NCBI GenBank assembly: GCA_030647485.1
Contig: JAUSJT010000004.1
Location: 109,088-173,087 of the forward strand
Reading direction: 5' to 3'
Length of the DNA: 64,000 bases
Origin: a bacterium
GTDB lineage: Bacteria > Patescibacteriota > Minisyncoccia > Minisyncoccales > UBA10102
Below, in pieces: positions 40,153-49,830 of the stretch. Within the stretch, counting starts at the first letter, position 1, and each line of letters begins with the position of its first letter. The notes beneath the pieces are model-generated. The model worked only from the letters and a program-made list of their open reading frames with translations. It was not told the DNA's origin and ran no database searches. A program made the position numbers and the translations under genes.

Positions 40153-40557
40153 ATGTTAACACCAAAACGCGTAAAACATAGGAAGTGGCAGAGGGGAACG
40201 TCAAAGGGCAACGAAGTCCGAGGCACGGAGTTGGCTTTTGGAAGTTTTGGATTAAAGTGTTTTGAAACAAAGTGGATTTCCGCAAAAGAATTGGAAGCGG
40301 CTAGGAGAACCATTATCCGGTATTTGAGAAAGGGGGGAAAGGTATGGTTGAGAGTTTTTACAGACAAGCCTTTTACTACGAAGGGAGCTGAAACTCCCAT
40401 GGGAGGAGGGAAGGGGAATGTTGACCATTATGTCTTTCCCATTCGCCCAGGAAGAATCATTTTTGAAATAGAAGGGATAAAAGAAGATATGGCGAGAGCG
40501 GCATTAAAAGAGGCGGCCTCAAAATTAAGCGTAAAAACCAAGTTTATCAAAGAATAG
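40153..40557 (+). CDS. rplP: 50S ribosomal protein L16
   Basis: ML.PKRVKHRK, EAAR, MG.GKG. Confidence 0.97.
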   Translation: MLTPKRVKHRKWQRGTSKGNEVRGTELAFGSFGLKCFETKWISAKELEAARRTIIRYLRKGGKVWLRVFTDKPFTTKGAETPMGGGKGNVDHYVFPIRPGRIIFEIEGIKEDMARAALKEAASKLSVKTKFIKE

Positions 40558-40558
40558 C

Positions 40559-40738
40559 ATGAACATCGCTGAACTGCGGCAAAAATCAAAAGGGGAGTTG
40601 CAGGAGTTCCTTCAAGGGCAGAAAGAAACACTGCGTCAACTTAGGTTTGATCTTGCTGCGGGAAAAGTAAAAAACGTGCGTCAGATAAGACAATTGAAAA
40701 AAACAATAGCACAAATACTAACCGTATGCCCCGTATGA
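40559..40738 (+). CDS. rpmC: 50S ribosomal protein L29 (59 aa, absent from ORF track; stop supplied by the element)
   Basis: ELR.KS..EL...LRF......N...IR..KK.IA.ILT; position between rplP and rpsQ. Confidence 0.9.
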   Translation: MNIAELRQKSKGELQEFLQGQKETLRQLRFDLAAGKVKNVRQIRQLKKTIAQILTVCPV

Positions 40739-40885
40739 AATTTACAAAGGTCTATACACGCGAAGCGCGAGTGGCGAATAGCCACATCCATACAGGGGCG
40801 CAGCGCTTCGCCAATGACAGTATGCACCTATTCGGTGCGCGCACTGCGCTATGTAATAATATGGTAAATTTCTAACGGGGTATGC
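40725..40885 (+). mobile_element. start-codon element copy 3 before rpsQ
   Basis: TATGCCCCGT...ACGGGGTATGC; 156 nt between ATG 40726 and ATG 40882. Confidence 0.8.
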
Positions 40886-41115
40886 CCAAAAAACAATTAA
40901 CTGGCATTGTGGTGTCAGACAAAATGCAAAAGACCATTGTGGTAGAGGTTGAACAATGGCATGTGAACTCAAAGTACAAGAGGAGATTTCGCATGCACAA
41001 AAAGTACAAAGCCCATGATGAGAAAGGAGAATACAAAATAGGAGACACGGTTGTTATTGAGGAATCAGTCCCTATTTCAAAAGATAAGAAGTGGAGAGTT
41101 ATTTCCAAGGCGTAA
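40882..41115 (+). CDS. rpsQ: 30S ribosomal protein S17
   Basis: G.VVSDKMQKTIVV, KY.AHDE, PISK.K.W. Confidence 0.96.
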   Translation: MPKKQLTGIVVSDKMQKTIVVEVEQWHVNSKYKRRFRMHKKYKAHDEKGEYKIGDTVVIEESVPISKDKKWRVISKA

Positions 41116-41124
41116 GCACCCTAT

Positions 41125-41493
41125 ATGATACAGCCACGCACCATGTTGAACGTAGCGGATAACACAGGAGCAAAGCTTCTGCAGTGTTTTCGCATATTGG
41201 GAGGATCAAAACGGCATTATGGAGTTATTGGGGATATTATTGTTGCTACCGTAAAAGATGCTGAACCAAGAAAACTTGTGAAGAAACATGAAGTGGTAAA
41301 AGCGGTCATAGTGCGAACCCGCAGCGTATACCGCAGGGCAGATGGCTCTTATATCCGTTTTGACGAGAACAGCGCAGTCATTTTAGAAAAAGACAAGGAG
41401 CCCAAGGGAACCCGCATGTTCGGTCCCTTTCCACGGGAAATCAGGGAAAAAGGATATACCAAGATAGCGGCGCTTGCCCCCGAGATTTTGTAA
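41125..41493 (+). CDS. rplN: 50S ribosomal protein L14
   Basis: MIQ....[19 protein letters not shown]. Confidence 0.97.
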   Translation: MIQPRTMLNVADNTGAKLLQCFRILGGSKRHYGVIGDIIVATVKDAEPRKLVKKHEVVKAVIVRTRSVYRRADGSYIRFDENSAVILEKDKEPKGTRMFGPFPREIREKGYTKIAALAPEIL

Positions 41494-41496
41494 CCT

Positions 41497-41808
41497 ATGA
41501 AAATCAAGAAAGGCGACAACGTTATAGTGCTGAAAGGAAAAGATAGGGGAAAGAAGGGAAAGGTTCAGCAAGTGTTTCCCAAAGAGGGGAAGCTTGTTGT
41601 TGAAGGAATGAACATTCGAAAGAAACACATTAAACCAAGGAAGGCTGGAGAAAAAGGGCAGGTCGTTTCCACGGCAGGCCGCATGTCCAGCTCAAACGTT
41701 GCTCTTGTGTGCCCTAAATGTTCAAAGCCTGCGAGAATAGGGCATGTCATGCAAGGTTCAAAGAAATACCGCTCTTGCAAGAACTGCAAGGCAACCATTG
41801 ATATATAA
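41497..41808 (+). CDS. rplX: 50S ribosomal protein L24
   Basis: KIKKGD.V.VL.GKDRGK.G; two CxxC at the C-terminus. Confidence 0.96.
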   Translation: MKIKKGDNVIVLKGKDRGKKGKVQQVFPKEGKLVVEGMNIRKKHIKPRKAGEKGQVVSTAGRMSSSNVALVCPKCSKPARIGHVMQGSKKYRSCKNCKATIDI

Positions 41809-41812
41809 CACC

Positions 41813-42367
41813 ATGATGTTACTGAAAGAAACATACGAAAAGAAGGCAGTGCCTGCCATGCAAAAGCAATTCCATTACAAGAGCGTCATGGCTGTTCCTC
41901 GTATTGAGAAAGTGACTCTTAACACCGGCATAGGAAGATTCGTAGGAGGGAAATCAACAGAAGAGCAGAAAAAGATTGCAGTTGACATTGCAGGAGATAT
42001 GTCTCTCATTGCGGGGCAAAAGGCCGTGCCGACCCTTGCGAAAACCTCCATTGCATCCTTTAAATCAAGGCAGGGCATGCCCATTGGCGTTAAGGTAACG
42101 CTTCGTGGACAGAGAATGTATGATTTTCTTGACCGCTTGGTCAATGTGGTGCTTCCCAGATCCCGCGACTTTCAAGGGTTAGATCCAAAATCCCTTGACA
42201 AAGAAGGGAATATGTCTATAGGAATAAAGGAGCATATCTTCTTTCCTGAAATCAGCCCCGAGAAGGTAAAACATATGATAGGGTTGGAGATTACGGTAAC
42301 GACAAGCGCAAAGACAAGAGAAGAATGCTCGGTATTATTGAAACTTCTCGGATTTCCTTTGAGATAA
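41813..42367 (+). CDS. rplE: 50S ribosomal protein L5
   Basis: VP.IEKV.LN.G, GQK, G.KVTLRG..MY.FL, PR.RDF.G. Confidence 0.97.
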   Translation: MMLLKETYEKKAVPAMQKQFHYKSVMAVPRIEKVTLNTGIGRFVGGKSTEEQKKIAVDIAGDMSLIAGQKAVPTLAKTSIASFKSRQGMPIGVKVTLRGQRMYDFLDRLVNVVLPRSRDFQGLDPKSLDKEGNMSIGIKEHIFFPEISPEKVKHMIGLEITVTTSAKTREECSVLLKLLGFPLR

Positions 42368-42371
42368 CGTT

Positions 42372-42557
42372 ATGGCCACAAAAGCACAGATTGAAAAATC
42401 AAAGAAAAAGCCGAAGTTTAGCTCGCGTTCCACTCGAAGGTGTTTTCGCTGCGGCAGAAAGCGCGGGTATTTGAGGGACTTTGGTTTGTGCAGGATTTGC
42501 TTTCGAGAAATGGCGAACAAGGGATTAATTCCTGGAATTACAAAAAGCAGCTGGTAA
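42372..42557 (+). CDS. rpsN: 30S ribosomal protein S14 type Z (zinc)
   Basis: [20 protein letters not shown]. Confidence 0.96.
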   Translation: MATKAQIEKSKKKPKFSSRSTRRCFRCGRKRGYLRDFGLCRICFREMANKGLIPGITKSSW

Positions 42558-42566
42558 TATTCAACT

Positions 42567-42956
42567 ATGGATCCTTTAGTAGACATGTTTAATAGGATAC
42601 GGAACGCGCTAGCTGTTGGAAAAGAACAGGTGGAGGTTCCGTATTCCATGATGAAGCTTGATATCGCCAAAATCTTGGAGCGTTTGGGATTTGTGAAAAG
42701 CGTGGATTCAAAAGGGAGGAAAGTGAAAAGGACCATTGAGATTGTATTGAAATATCATGATAAGGAGCCCGCGATTGGGGGGTTGAGAAAAATATCCAAA
42801 CAGGGTAACCGCGTGTATGCGTCTGCCTTGAAACTCTTTCGGATAAAAAAGAGAAACGCGGTTGCCATATTCTCAACGTCAAAGGGTATTATGACAGACG
42901 GAGAGGCAAGAGAACAAAAGATAGGAGGGGAAGTATTGTGTGAAGTTTGGGGCTAA
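42567..42956 (+). CDS. rpsH: 30S ribosomal protein S8
   Basis: DP..DM..RIRNA, STSKGIMT, GGEV. Confidence 0.96.
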   Translation: MDPLVDMFNRIRNALAVGKEQVEVPYSMMKLDIAKILERLGFVKSVDSKGRKVKRTIEIVLKYHDKEPAIGGLRKISKQGNRVYASALKLFRIKKRNAVAIFSTSKGIMTDGEAREQKIGGEVLCEVWG

Positions 42957-42969
42957 GTCAACAAAAAAT

Positions 42970-43545
42970 ATGAGTAGAATAGGAAAAAAACCAATAGAAA
43001 TACCCACAGGAGTCACGGTTGACATCACAGCTAGTGAGATTAAAGTTGCAGGCCCCAAAGGGGAGCTTTCAAGATCTTTGCCCTATCAGGTGAGCGTGAA
43101 GAAAGAGGGGAATCAGATTATGGTTTCCTTGAATGAGCATACGGGAGCACGGGAACTTTTGAATATACGGGCGCTCTGGGGATTGGTTCGTGCTCTCATT
43201 GCGAACATGATAGAAGGAGTGACCAAGGGATACTCAATAAAGCTGGAGATTGAAGGGGTGGGGTATAAGGCGGAAGTGCAGGGGAACGACTTGGTCTTAG
43301 ATGTCGGATTTTCCCATACCGTGAAGATTCCTGCACTTTTTGGGGTAACATTCTTAGTTGAAAAGAATATCATCACTGTTTCTGGCATTGATAAGGAAGC
43401 CGTGGGCCAGGTTGCTGCATCCGTCAGAAAAACAAAGCCAGTGGAACCCTACAAAGGGAAGGGCATTAAATATCAAGGAGAATACGTGCGTAGGAAATTA
43501 GGCAAAAGAGTGGCAGGAGCTACGGGAGCTGCTGCGGCAAAATAA
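42970..43545 (+). CDS. rplF: 50S ribosomal protein L6
   Basis: MSRIGKKPI, GPKGEL, EPYKGKGI. Confidence 0.97.
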   Translation: MSRIGKKPIEIPTGVTVDITASEIKVAGPKGELSRSLPYQVSVKKEGNQIMVSLNEHTGARELLNIRALWGLVRALIANMIEGVTKGYSIKLEIEGVGYKAEVQGNDLVLDVGFSHTVKIPALFGVTFLVEKNIITVSGIDKEAVGQVAASVRKTKPVEPYKGKGIKYQGEYVRRKLGKRVAGATGAAAAK

Positions 43546-43554
43546 TATTTTTCT

Positions 43555-43908
43555 ATGGATAGTACTGCAAAACAACAGAAAAGAAAGGCAAGACAAAGGC
43601 GCATACGTTCTCGTGTTTCAGGTTCAAAAGAGCGTCCTAGGCTTGCGGTTTTTCGTTCAAACAAGCATCTTTTCATTCAGATTATTGATGACACAAAGCA
43701 TGTGACTTTAGTTTCTCTTGCAGATACGGGCATTACAAAGGGCAAGGGGAAAAGAGTTGAGAGGGCAAAAGAATTAGGAAAGTCTCTTGCAAAAAAAGCA
43801 AAAGAAGCGAAGATTACCAAAGTCGTGTTTGATCGTCGAGGATACGCATATCATGGTATTGTACAGGCAGTTGCCCAAGGGGCCCGAGAGGGCGGGCTAG
43901 AATTTTAA
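43555..43908 (+). CDS. rplR: 50S ribosomal protein L18
   Basis: RPRL.VFRSNKH, VVFDR.GY.YHG, AREGGL.F. Confidence 0.97.
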   Translation: MDSTAKQQKRKARQRRIRSRVSGSKERPRLAVFRSNKHLFIQIIDDTKHVTLVSLADTGITKGKGKRVERAKELGKSLAKKAKEAKITKVVFDRRGYAYHGIVQAVAQGAREGGLEF

Positions 43909-43917
43909 TATATACAT

Positions 43918-44466
43918 ATGCCACTTCAATCTCAAAGAAATTCTGGAAGGCCCCAACGATTTGAAAAGAAAAGCGAGTTTGATTCCAAGCTCGTTGATTT
44001 GGCTCGCGTCACCAGGGTGGCTGCAGGAGGCAAGCATTTCAGGTTCCGCGCAACGATGGTTATAGGAGACGGAAAGGGCAGGGTTGGAATTGGGGTTGCC
44101 AAGGGTCTTGATGTAGCCCAGGCCATAGAAAAGGGCACCAAAGCTGCCCAAAGAAAGATGATTACCGTCCCCATAGTAAACGAGACCATTCCTCATGAGG
44201 TAGAGGCGCATTTTGGAGCTTCCCATGTGCTTTTAAAACCTCAAAAAACAGGACGGGGATTGGTGGCAGGAGGAGTCACGAGAATTATATGCGAGAAAGC
44301 GGGTATTAAGAATGTTTCCGCAAAATTATTGTCTAAGACGCACAATAAACTAAACAACGCGTTGGCAACCATAAAAGCACTGCAGAAGTTAAAGATAAAA
44401 AAGTCTGGGGTAGCCCCAGTTGAAGAACAAAGCAATGCAACTCCATCAAATCCAACCCAAGCATAG
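43918..44466 (+). CDS. rpsE: 30S ribosomal protein S5
   Basis: RVT.V..GG..F.F.A, GD.KG.VG.G, TIPHE. Confidence 0.96.
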   Translation: MPLQSQRNSGRPQRFEKKSEFDSKLVDLARVTRVAAGGKHFRFRATMVIGDGKGRVGIGVAKGLDVAQAIEKGTKAAQRKMITVPIVNETIPHEVEAHFGASHVLLKPQKTGRGLVAGGVTRIICEKAGIKNVSAKLLSKTHNKLNNALATIKALQKLKIKKSGVAPVEEQSNATPSNPTQA

Positions 44467-44869
44467 TTTACAGAGAAAGCACAGGATAGGAAGGGGGGGG
44501 AAGAAGGGCACCTATTCTGGGCGCGGCATGAAAGGGCAGAAAGCAAGGGCTGGAGCCAAGTTTTTGCCTATCATCAGAAGTTTGATTAAACGGTATCCAA
44601 AAATGCGTGGTTATCGTGTTCAGAAAACATTCCCTGCGTTCCAGATAGTTTCGCTTCTGGCAGTAGAAAAGGCATTCAAAGTCAACGAAGTCGTGAGTCC
44701 TGCCTCGTTGCTGGAAAAACAGGTGGTTTCGCGTTTTGGAGGAAAATTGCTCCCGATAAAGATTCTGGCTTCAGAGACAATGGCAAAGGCGTTGACCTTT
44801 GAGGGATGCAAGGTTTCCAAGAATGCAAAAATCCTTATTGAAAAAGCAGGCGGCACAGTAAAGGCATGA
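44435..44869 (+). CDS. rplO: 50S ribosomal protein L15
   Basis: RIGRG, SGRG.KGQ.AR, PK.RG, IEKAGG. Confidence 0.93.
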   Translation: MQLHQIQPKHSLQRKHRIGRGGKKGTYSGRGMKGQKARAGAKFLPIIRSLIKRYPKMRGYRVQKTFPAFQIVSLLAVEKAFKVNEVVSPASLLEKQVVSRFGGKLLPIKILASETMAKALTFEGCKVSKNAKILIEKAGGTVKA

Positions 44870-46143
44870 ACTGGAAAAATATCATTCGTATATTTCAGAT
44901 CCGAGACCTTAGAAATAAGCTTCTCTTTGTCTTGGGAATTTTTCTCGTATTCCGTTTGATGGCTAATATTCCCATCCCCAGCATTGACGCAGAAAAACTG
45001 CAGGCATTTTTCGGAGGAAATCAGCTCTTGGGATTACTTAACCTATTTACAGGAGGCGCATTAGATAATCTTTCTATTGCCATGTTGGGAGTCGGGCCGT
45101 ATATTACAGCTACCATTATACTCCAGCTTTTGACCATGATTTTCCCGGCTCTGAATAAAATGTACAAAGAGGAAGGAGAAGCGGGAAGACAGAAATTCAA
45201 TCAGTATGGGCGCCTCCTTTCCGTTCCTTTTGCATTCGTGCAGGGATACGGGCTTCTTACGCTTCTTGTACGGCAACAAATCATAGAACCCCTTGCGTTT
45301 CTTCCCACCATTGCGGTGCTCCTTACCGTTACTGCGGGGACGATATTCTTAATGTGGTTAGGTGAATTGATTTCAGAAAAGGGGATAGGCAACGGAGTGT
45401 CGCTCATCATTTTTGCGGGTATCGTTGCCGAGTTTCCTACGTCTATACGGCAGCTTTTTCTTGCTTGGGATCCATCAAAGCTTCTCCCTACAGTTGCCTT
45501 TTTTGTCATGGCTTTGTTTATTATTGCCGCAGTTGTGTTTATTACCGAGGCAAGGAGAAACGTTCCAGTATCATACGCAAAGAGAGTGCGTGGGAATAGG
45601 GTGTATGGGGGGGTCTCCACATACTTGCCCCTCCAACTCAATCCCGCAGGCGTGATTCCTATTATCTTTGCTTTGTCCATACTGACGTTTCCTTCCATGA
45701 TTGCTTCGTTCTTTGCGGGATCTGGAGGACTGGTAGGGAATATCGCCAATTCCATACAGAATTTCTTTTTAAACCCATGGAGCTATGGCATTCTCTATTT
45801 TCTTTTAGTTGCGATGTTTACTTTCTTTTATACCGCAGTGACGTTTGATCCCAAAGCCGTAGCTACCAATCTTCAAAAGTCAGGAGGATTTATTCCTGGC
45901 GTAAGGCCTGGGATTTCAACCTCTTCTTTTCTCTCTTATATTCTTAATCGCATTTTGCTGGTTGGTGCCTTGTTCCTTGGAACCATAGCAGTGCTTCCTT
46001 CTGTGATCCAGGGATCCACGGGGATTCAAACCTTCCAATTTTTGGTTGGCGGTGCCGCGCTCTTAATCGTGGTGAACGTGGTGCTCGACACCATACGCCA
46101 GATTAGATCACAGCTTCAAATGAGAGATTATGACAGTTTCTAA
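44866..46143 (+). CDS. secY: preprotein translocase subunit SecY
   Basis: LG..PYITA.II.QLL, GIGNG.SLIIF, AGVIPIIFA, FIPG.RPG. Confidence 0.98.
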   Translation: MNWKNIIRIFQIRDLRNKLLFVLGIFLVFRLMANIPIPSIDAEKLQAFFGGNQLLGLLNLFTGGALDNLSIAMLGVGPYITATIILQLLTMIFPALNKMYKEEGEAGRQKFNQYGRLLSVPFAFVQGYGLLTLLVRQQIIEPLAFLPTIAVLLTVTAGTIFLMWLGELISEKGIGNGVSLIIFAGIVAEFPTSIRQLFLAWDPSKLLPTVAFFVMALFIIAAVVFITEARRNVPVSYAKRVRGNRVYGGVSTYLPLQLNPAGVIPIIFALSILTFPSMIASFFAGSGGLVGNIANSIQNFFLNPWSYGILYFLLVAMFTFFYTAVTFDPKAVATNLQKSGGFIPGVRPGISTSSFLSYILNRILLVGALFLGTIAVLPSVIQGSTGIQTFQFLVGGAALLIVVNVVLDTIRQIRSQLQMRDYDSF

Positions 46144-46729
46144 AGCTAAGGAGTTTAAGTTTATCTCCTTGCTAGGGAAGCCAGGTTCTGGCAAGGGCAC
46201 TCAAGCAGAGTTGCTGGAGAGCAAGTTTCCTTTTGAACATATCAGCACAGGAGAACTTCTTCGTGAGCGTGTCAAAAAGAGAGATTTTATTGCCAAGCGA
46301 TTGCATGAAATTATGGAAACAGGGGGTCTAGTGCCTACTCCTTCGGTATTTCAGCTCTGGATGCCAAGGCTAGAACATTTGAGAAAGCAGAAGACCTTTC
46401 AAGGTCTTGTATTTGATGGCAGTCCTCGCAAACTCTACGAGGCCCAGATGTTAGATGAACTTTTACAGCTGTATGACTGGGATAAGAATTTTAAGGTATT
46501 ACACATTAAAATCTCAGACAAAGAATCGCTTAAAAGATTGCAAAAGCGCGCCAGATCTGATGATGACAAAAAAGACGTCCTCTATCGATTGAGAGTATTC
46601 AAAAAAGAAGTGCTTCCCGCCCTCGCCTATTACAAGAAAAAAGGAGAGGTTGTTGAGATCAACGGGGAACAATCTGTAGAGAATGTGCATAAAGAGATTC
46701 TTAGGAAATTGAAAACGTTCTTGAAATGA
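46130..46729 (+). CDS. adk: adenylate kinase (short-LID type)
   Basis: G.PGSGKGTQA, STG.LLR, DG.PR, R.DD; follows secY. Confidence 0.9.
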   Translation: MTVSKAKEFKFISLLGKPGSGKGTQAELLESKFPFEHISTGELLRERVKKRDFIAKRLHEIMETGGLVPTPSVFQLWMPRLEHLRKQKTFQGLVFDGSPRKLYEAQMLDELLQLYDWDKNFKVLHIKISDKESLKRLQKRARSDDDKKDVLYRLRVFKKEVLPALAYYKKKGEVVEINGEQSVENVHKEILRKLKTFLK

Positions 46730-47475
46730 TTTCTTTAAAATCGCTTCAGGAGATTTCTGTCATGAGAGAAGGGGGAAGAAAGCTTGCCCAAGTTATGGCG
46801 CAGCTTATCTCTCTTGTAAGGCCAGGGATTCCTACAAGAGAATTAGACAGGGCCGCACGGGCCCTTATTTTAGATTCTGGGGGCGAATTGGCTTTCGAGG
46901 GATATGATGGGTTCCCTGGGGCAATATGTACCTCGATAAACGAGGAAGTGGTGCATTCTGTGCCCTCCTCGCGCGTATTGAAAGAAGGGGACATCGTCAC
47001 CTTGGACATCGGTCTTACATGGCAGGGATGGTTTTTAGATATGGCTCGTACCGTTCCTGTAGGAAACATTGATAAGGCAACCATGCGTCTTTGCAAGGTT
47101 ACACAGGAGTCTTTAGACATTGGTATGAAAAAAGCAAAGGCAGGAAATAAGGTTGGAGGCATCGGATACGCGGTACAGCAGTTTGTGGAGAAAAATGGGT
47201 ATAACGTGGTGCGGGAATTATGCGGACATGGCATAGGAAAGAATCTTCATGAAGATCCTAAGGTGCTCAATTATGGAGAAAGAGATACGGGGTTGGTATT
47301 GAAAGAAGGCATGGTTATTTGCATAGAACCTATGGTGACAGTAGGGGATTGGAAGTTAAAGAGGTCAAAAGACGGCCACGGCTTTGAAACAAAAGACGGT
47401 TCTTTGTCCTGTCATTTTGAAGACACCGTTGCCATCACTTCCTCTGGCCCCCAGGTGTTGACGAGAAGCGAGTAA
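46726..47475 (+). CDS. map: methionine aminopeptidase type I
   Basis: C.SINEEVVH, D.ART, GHGIG..LHEDP, IEPM. Confidence 0.96.
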   Translation: MISLKSLQEISVMREGGRKLAQVMAQLISLVRPGIPTRELDRAARALILDSGGELAFEGYDGFPGAICTSINEEVVHSVPSSRVLKEGDIVTLDIGLTWQGWFLDMARTVPVGNIDKATMRLCKVTQESLDIGMKKAKAGNKVGGIGYAVQQFVEKNGYNVVRELCGHGIGKNLHEDPKVLNYGERDTGLVLKEGMVICIEPMVTVGDWKLKRSKDGHGFETKDGSLSCHFEDTVAITSSGPQVLTRSE

Positions 47476-47492
47476 GACGGGATGATAGAAGA

Positions 47493-47942
47493 ATGTTTGA
47501 ACTGAAAACATTTCTCATTGCCATGTCTCCGGTGGTGGAGTTGCGGGGATCTATCCCTATTGCCTTAGAAATGTTCCATTTGCCTTTGTGGTCTGCGTAT
47601 TTCTTCTCTGTGTTGGGGAATATGGTTCCCGTGCTTCTTCTGCCATTTCTGGGAGTTGTGAGTAGTGAGCTTTCCCGTCGTTTTTCTTTTTTGGAAAGGT
47701 TTCTCTCATGGCTCTTTTTGTATACAAGAAAAAAACATGAGAGATCATTTGAACTCTTTCGAGATTTTGCTTTGGTGATATTCGTGGCAATCCCTCTGCC
47801 TCTCACAGGAGCATGGACTGCAACCCTTGTTGCGTTTGTTTTTGGGATTCCTCTTCGCAAGGCATTTCCACTTATCCTTCTTGGGGTTATAATAGCTGGA
47901 GTAACGGTAACCTTGATTACTTTAGGAATCACAAGCATATGA
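47493..47942 (+). CDS. small multi-drug export family membrane protein
   Basis: P..ELRG.IP, GN..PV, FVAIPLP.TGAWT. Confidence 0.85.
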   Translation: MFELKTFLIAMSPVVELRGSIPIALEMFHLPLWSAYFFSVLGNMVPVLLLPFLGVVSSELSRRFSFLERFLSWLFLYTRKKHERSFELFRDFALVIFVAIPLPLTGAWTATLVAFVFGIPLRKAFPLILLGVIIAGVTVTLITLGITSI

Positions 47943-48631
47943 GGCCACTTATTATCGCAAATTGGAAAATGAATCCTGCAAACTCAAAGGATGCCTTTGA
48001 TCTTGCAAGAGCCGTTGTGCGGGGGTTGGAGGGCGTAGAGGCTGACGTAGTGCTGTGCCCGCCTTTTGTGTATGTTCCCCAGCTACTGCCTTCTCCAAAC
48101 GTCTTTATTGGCTCCCAGGATGCTTTCTGGGAACAGGAAGGGGCGTATACGGGAGAGGTTTCTCCCCTAATGCTCAAGAATCTTGGATGTTCTTATGTAA
48201 TTCTTGGGCATTCAGAACGGAGGAAGTTGGGAGAAACTTCCCAAATGGTTGCAAAAAAGATTCAGGCCGTTCTCGACGCCGTCCTTGTCCCAGTCGTGTG
48301 CATCGGAGAAGATATTGAGCGCGAGATGAACATAACCCTCAAAGATATCAAGGAGACAGATGTCTCAAAGATTGTGTTCGTGTATGAACCTGAAGGAGCA
48401 ATTAGTACGGAACCTAACGCAAAGCCAGCTTCCCTAGAACAACTAGAGCGTGCATTGAACAGAATGCGTACTCTTCTTCCTAAAACCGCTACCATCCTGT
48501 ACGGAGGGAGCGTGAACAGCAGGAATATTCAGGGGTTTATGGGAAAGGGCGTCCAGGGAGCTCTTGTGGGAGCAGTCTCCCTAGATGCGCAGGAATTCAT
48601 CCAGCTTGTAAAAAATGCAGTTTCCATGTAG
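47939..48631 (+). CDS. tpiA: triosephosphate isomerase
   Basis: ANWKMN, GAYTGEVS, GHSERR, YEP, YGGSV. Confidence 0.93.
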   Translation: MRPLIIANWKMNPANSKDAFDLARAVVRGLEGVEADVVLCPPFVYVPQLLPSPNVFIGSQDAFWEQEGAYTGEVSPLMLKNLGCSYVILGHSERRKLGETSQMVAKKIQAVLDAVLVPVVCIGEDIEREMNITLKDIKETDVSKIVFVYEPEGAISTEPNAKPASLEQLERALNRMRTLLPKTATILYGGSVNSRNIQGFMGKGVQGALVGAVSLDAQEFIQLVKNAVSM

Positions 48632-48645
48632 AATATTCTCTTATG

Positions 48646-48733
48646 ACGATCACATGGTTTCCCCCGACCCCCCTCTTTTCACAACCCTTGGTTTTGAATA
48701 ATTTCCTACACGGGGGAAACCACAAATTTATTA
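48646..48733 (-). repeat. dispersed hairpin family 2, reverse-orientation copy
   Basis: 48657-48720 is the reverse complement of 12650-12713 with 2 mismatches. Confidence 0.8.
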
Positions 48734-48741
48734 CATAAATT

Positions 48742-49257
48742 ATGGATATTTTTCTGCAAGATACATTCTTTAATCCAACCAAGGGAGCAATGAAGCTTTC
48801 CGAGGTGCTGGATGAAATGGTGGGGTATATGAGAGAGAAGCCCCACTATAAGTACGAGGTTATTGTTGGATGCGATTCTTCTCCTTCTGAAGAGCCTACG
48901 TTTCCTGTGGTTATAGTCGTCTTAAGAAAGGGAGAAGGGGGAAGATTCTTTTTAAAGAAGGTGCATTATCAGCCCACCATAAAGAGATTTTACAATATCC
49001 ATGACAGGATTTTAGAAGAAGTTTGGCTTTCTTGCCAGTTAGCTTTGTGGTTGAGGGAGAACTTTGCGCTACGCGTGAAGCAAGAAAAGAGCCCATTGGA
49101 ATATCAGTTTGAATACATTCATGCGGACGTAGGGGAGAACGGTTTAACGAGAGACATGATCAAAGAGGTTACCGGCCTTATCAAGGGAAACGGGTTTGAG
49201 GCAAGGATCAAACCGTACTCTTTTGCTGCTTCTTGTGTGGCAGACAGGTATTCTTGA
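48742..49257 (+). CDS. ribonuclease H-like YkuK family protein
   Basis: VG.DS, G.GG, RI..E...S, IHAD.G..G.T, KP.S.AAS.VAD. Confidence 0.85.
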   Translation: MDIFLQDTFFNPTKGAMKLSEVLDEMVGYMREKPHYKYEVIVGCDSSPSEEPTFPVVIVVLRKGEGGRFFLKKVHYQPTIKRFYNIHDRILEEVWLSCQLALWLRENFALRVKQEKSPLEYQFEYIHADVGENGLTRDMIKEVTGLIKGNGFEARIKPYSFAASCVADRYS

Positions 49258-49259
49258 TT

Positions 49260-49823
49260 ATGATGGGCTCGATTGTAACTCTTACGGGTGCTTCTGGGGT
49301 AGGGAAGACAACCATTACAGATAAGCTTCTTTTGAGTATTCCAGATATAAAGTTTATTGGAACCCTTAATACTCGAGAGAGAAGGAAAATCGATCGTCCA
49401 GAAGATTCTTACAGCGTTTCTCAACAGGAGTTTGAAAAGAGGAAACAAGCAGGGGAGTTTTTGTGGACGGTAAAAGTTCATGAACATTGGAAAGGAACCC
49501 TTAAGTCAGCAGTAGACGATGCGCTTTTGCGTCCAAGCTCCTCTCTTATCATTCTCGTTCCAGAAATCGTCCCAATTCTTCTTAAGTATGCGCCAAACCA
49601 TGTTTTTTCTTTCTTCATCCCCTCTCCTTCGGAAGAGATTTTAAGGGCACGACTTTTAAAGCGAGGTGATTCTTCGCAGGATATTGAACAAAGAATTAAC
49701 GACTGCAAGCGGTGGGATGATGCAGCGAAGGCATCTGGTCTCCCGTATATTTTTATAACTAACGAGGGTCCGATAGAGGATACGGTCTCGCAAATTCTCC
49801 GTAATCTTCCTCGAGGGTATTGA
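49260..49823 (+). CDS. gmk: guanylate kinase-like protein
   Basis: G.SGVGKTT, TR.RR, F....GEFL, PS.E.L..RL..RG. Confidence 0.75.
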   Translation: MMGSIVTLTGASGVGKTTITDKLLLSIPDIKFIGTLNTRERRKIDRPEDSYSVSQQEFEKRKQAGEFLWTVKVHEHWKGTLKSAVDDALLRPSSSLIILVPEIVPILLKYAPNHVFSFFIPSPSEEILRARLLKRGDSSQDIEQRINDCKRWDDAAKASGLPYIFITNEGPIEDTVSQILRNLPRGY

Positions 49824-49830
49824 ACATTGT

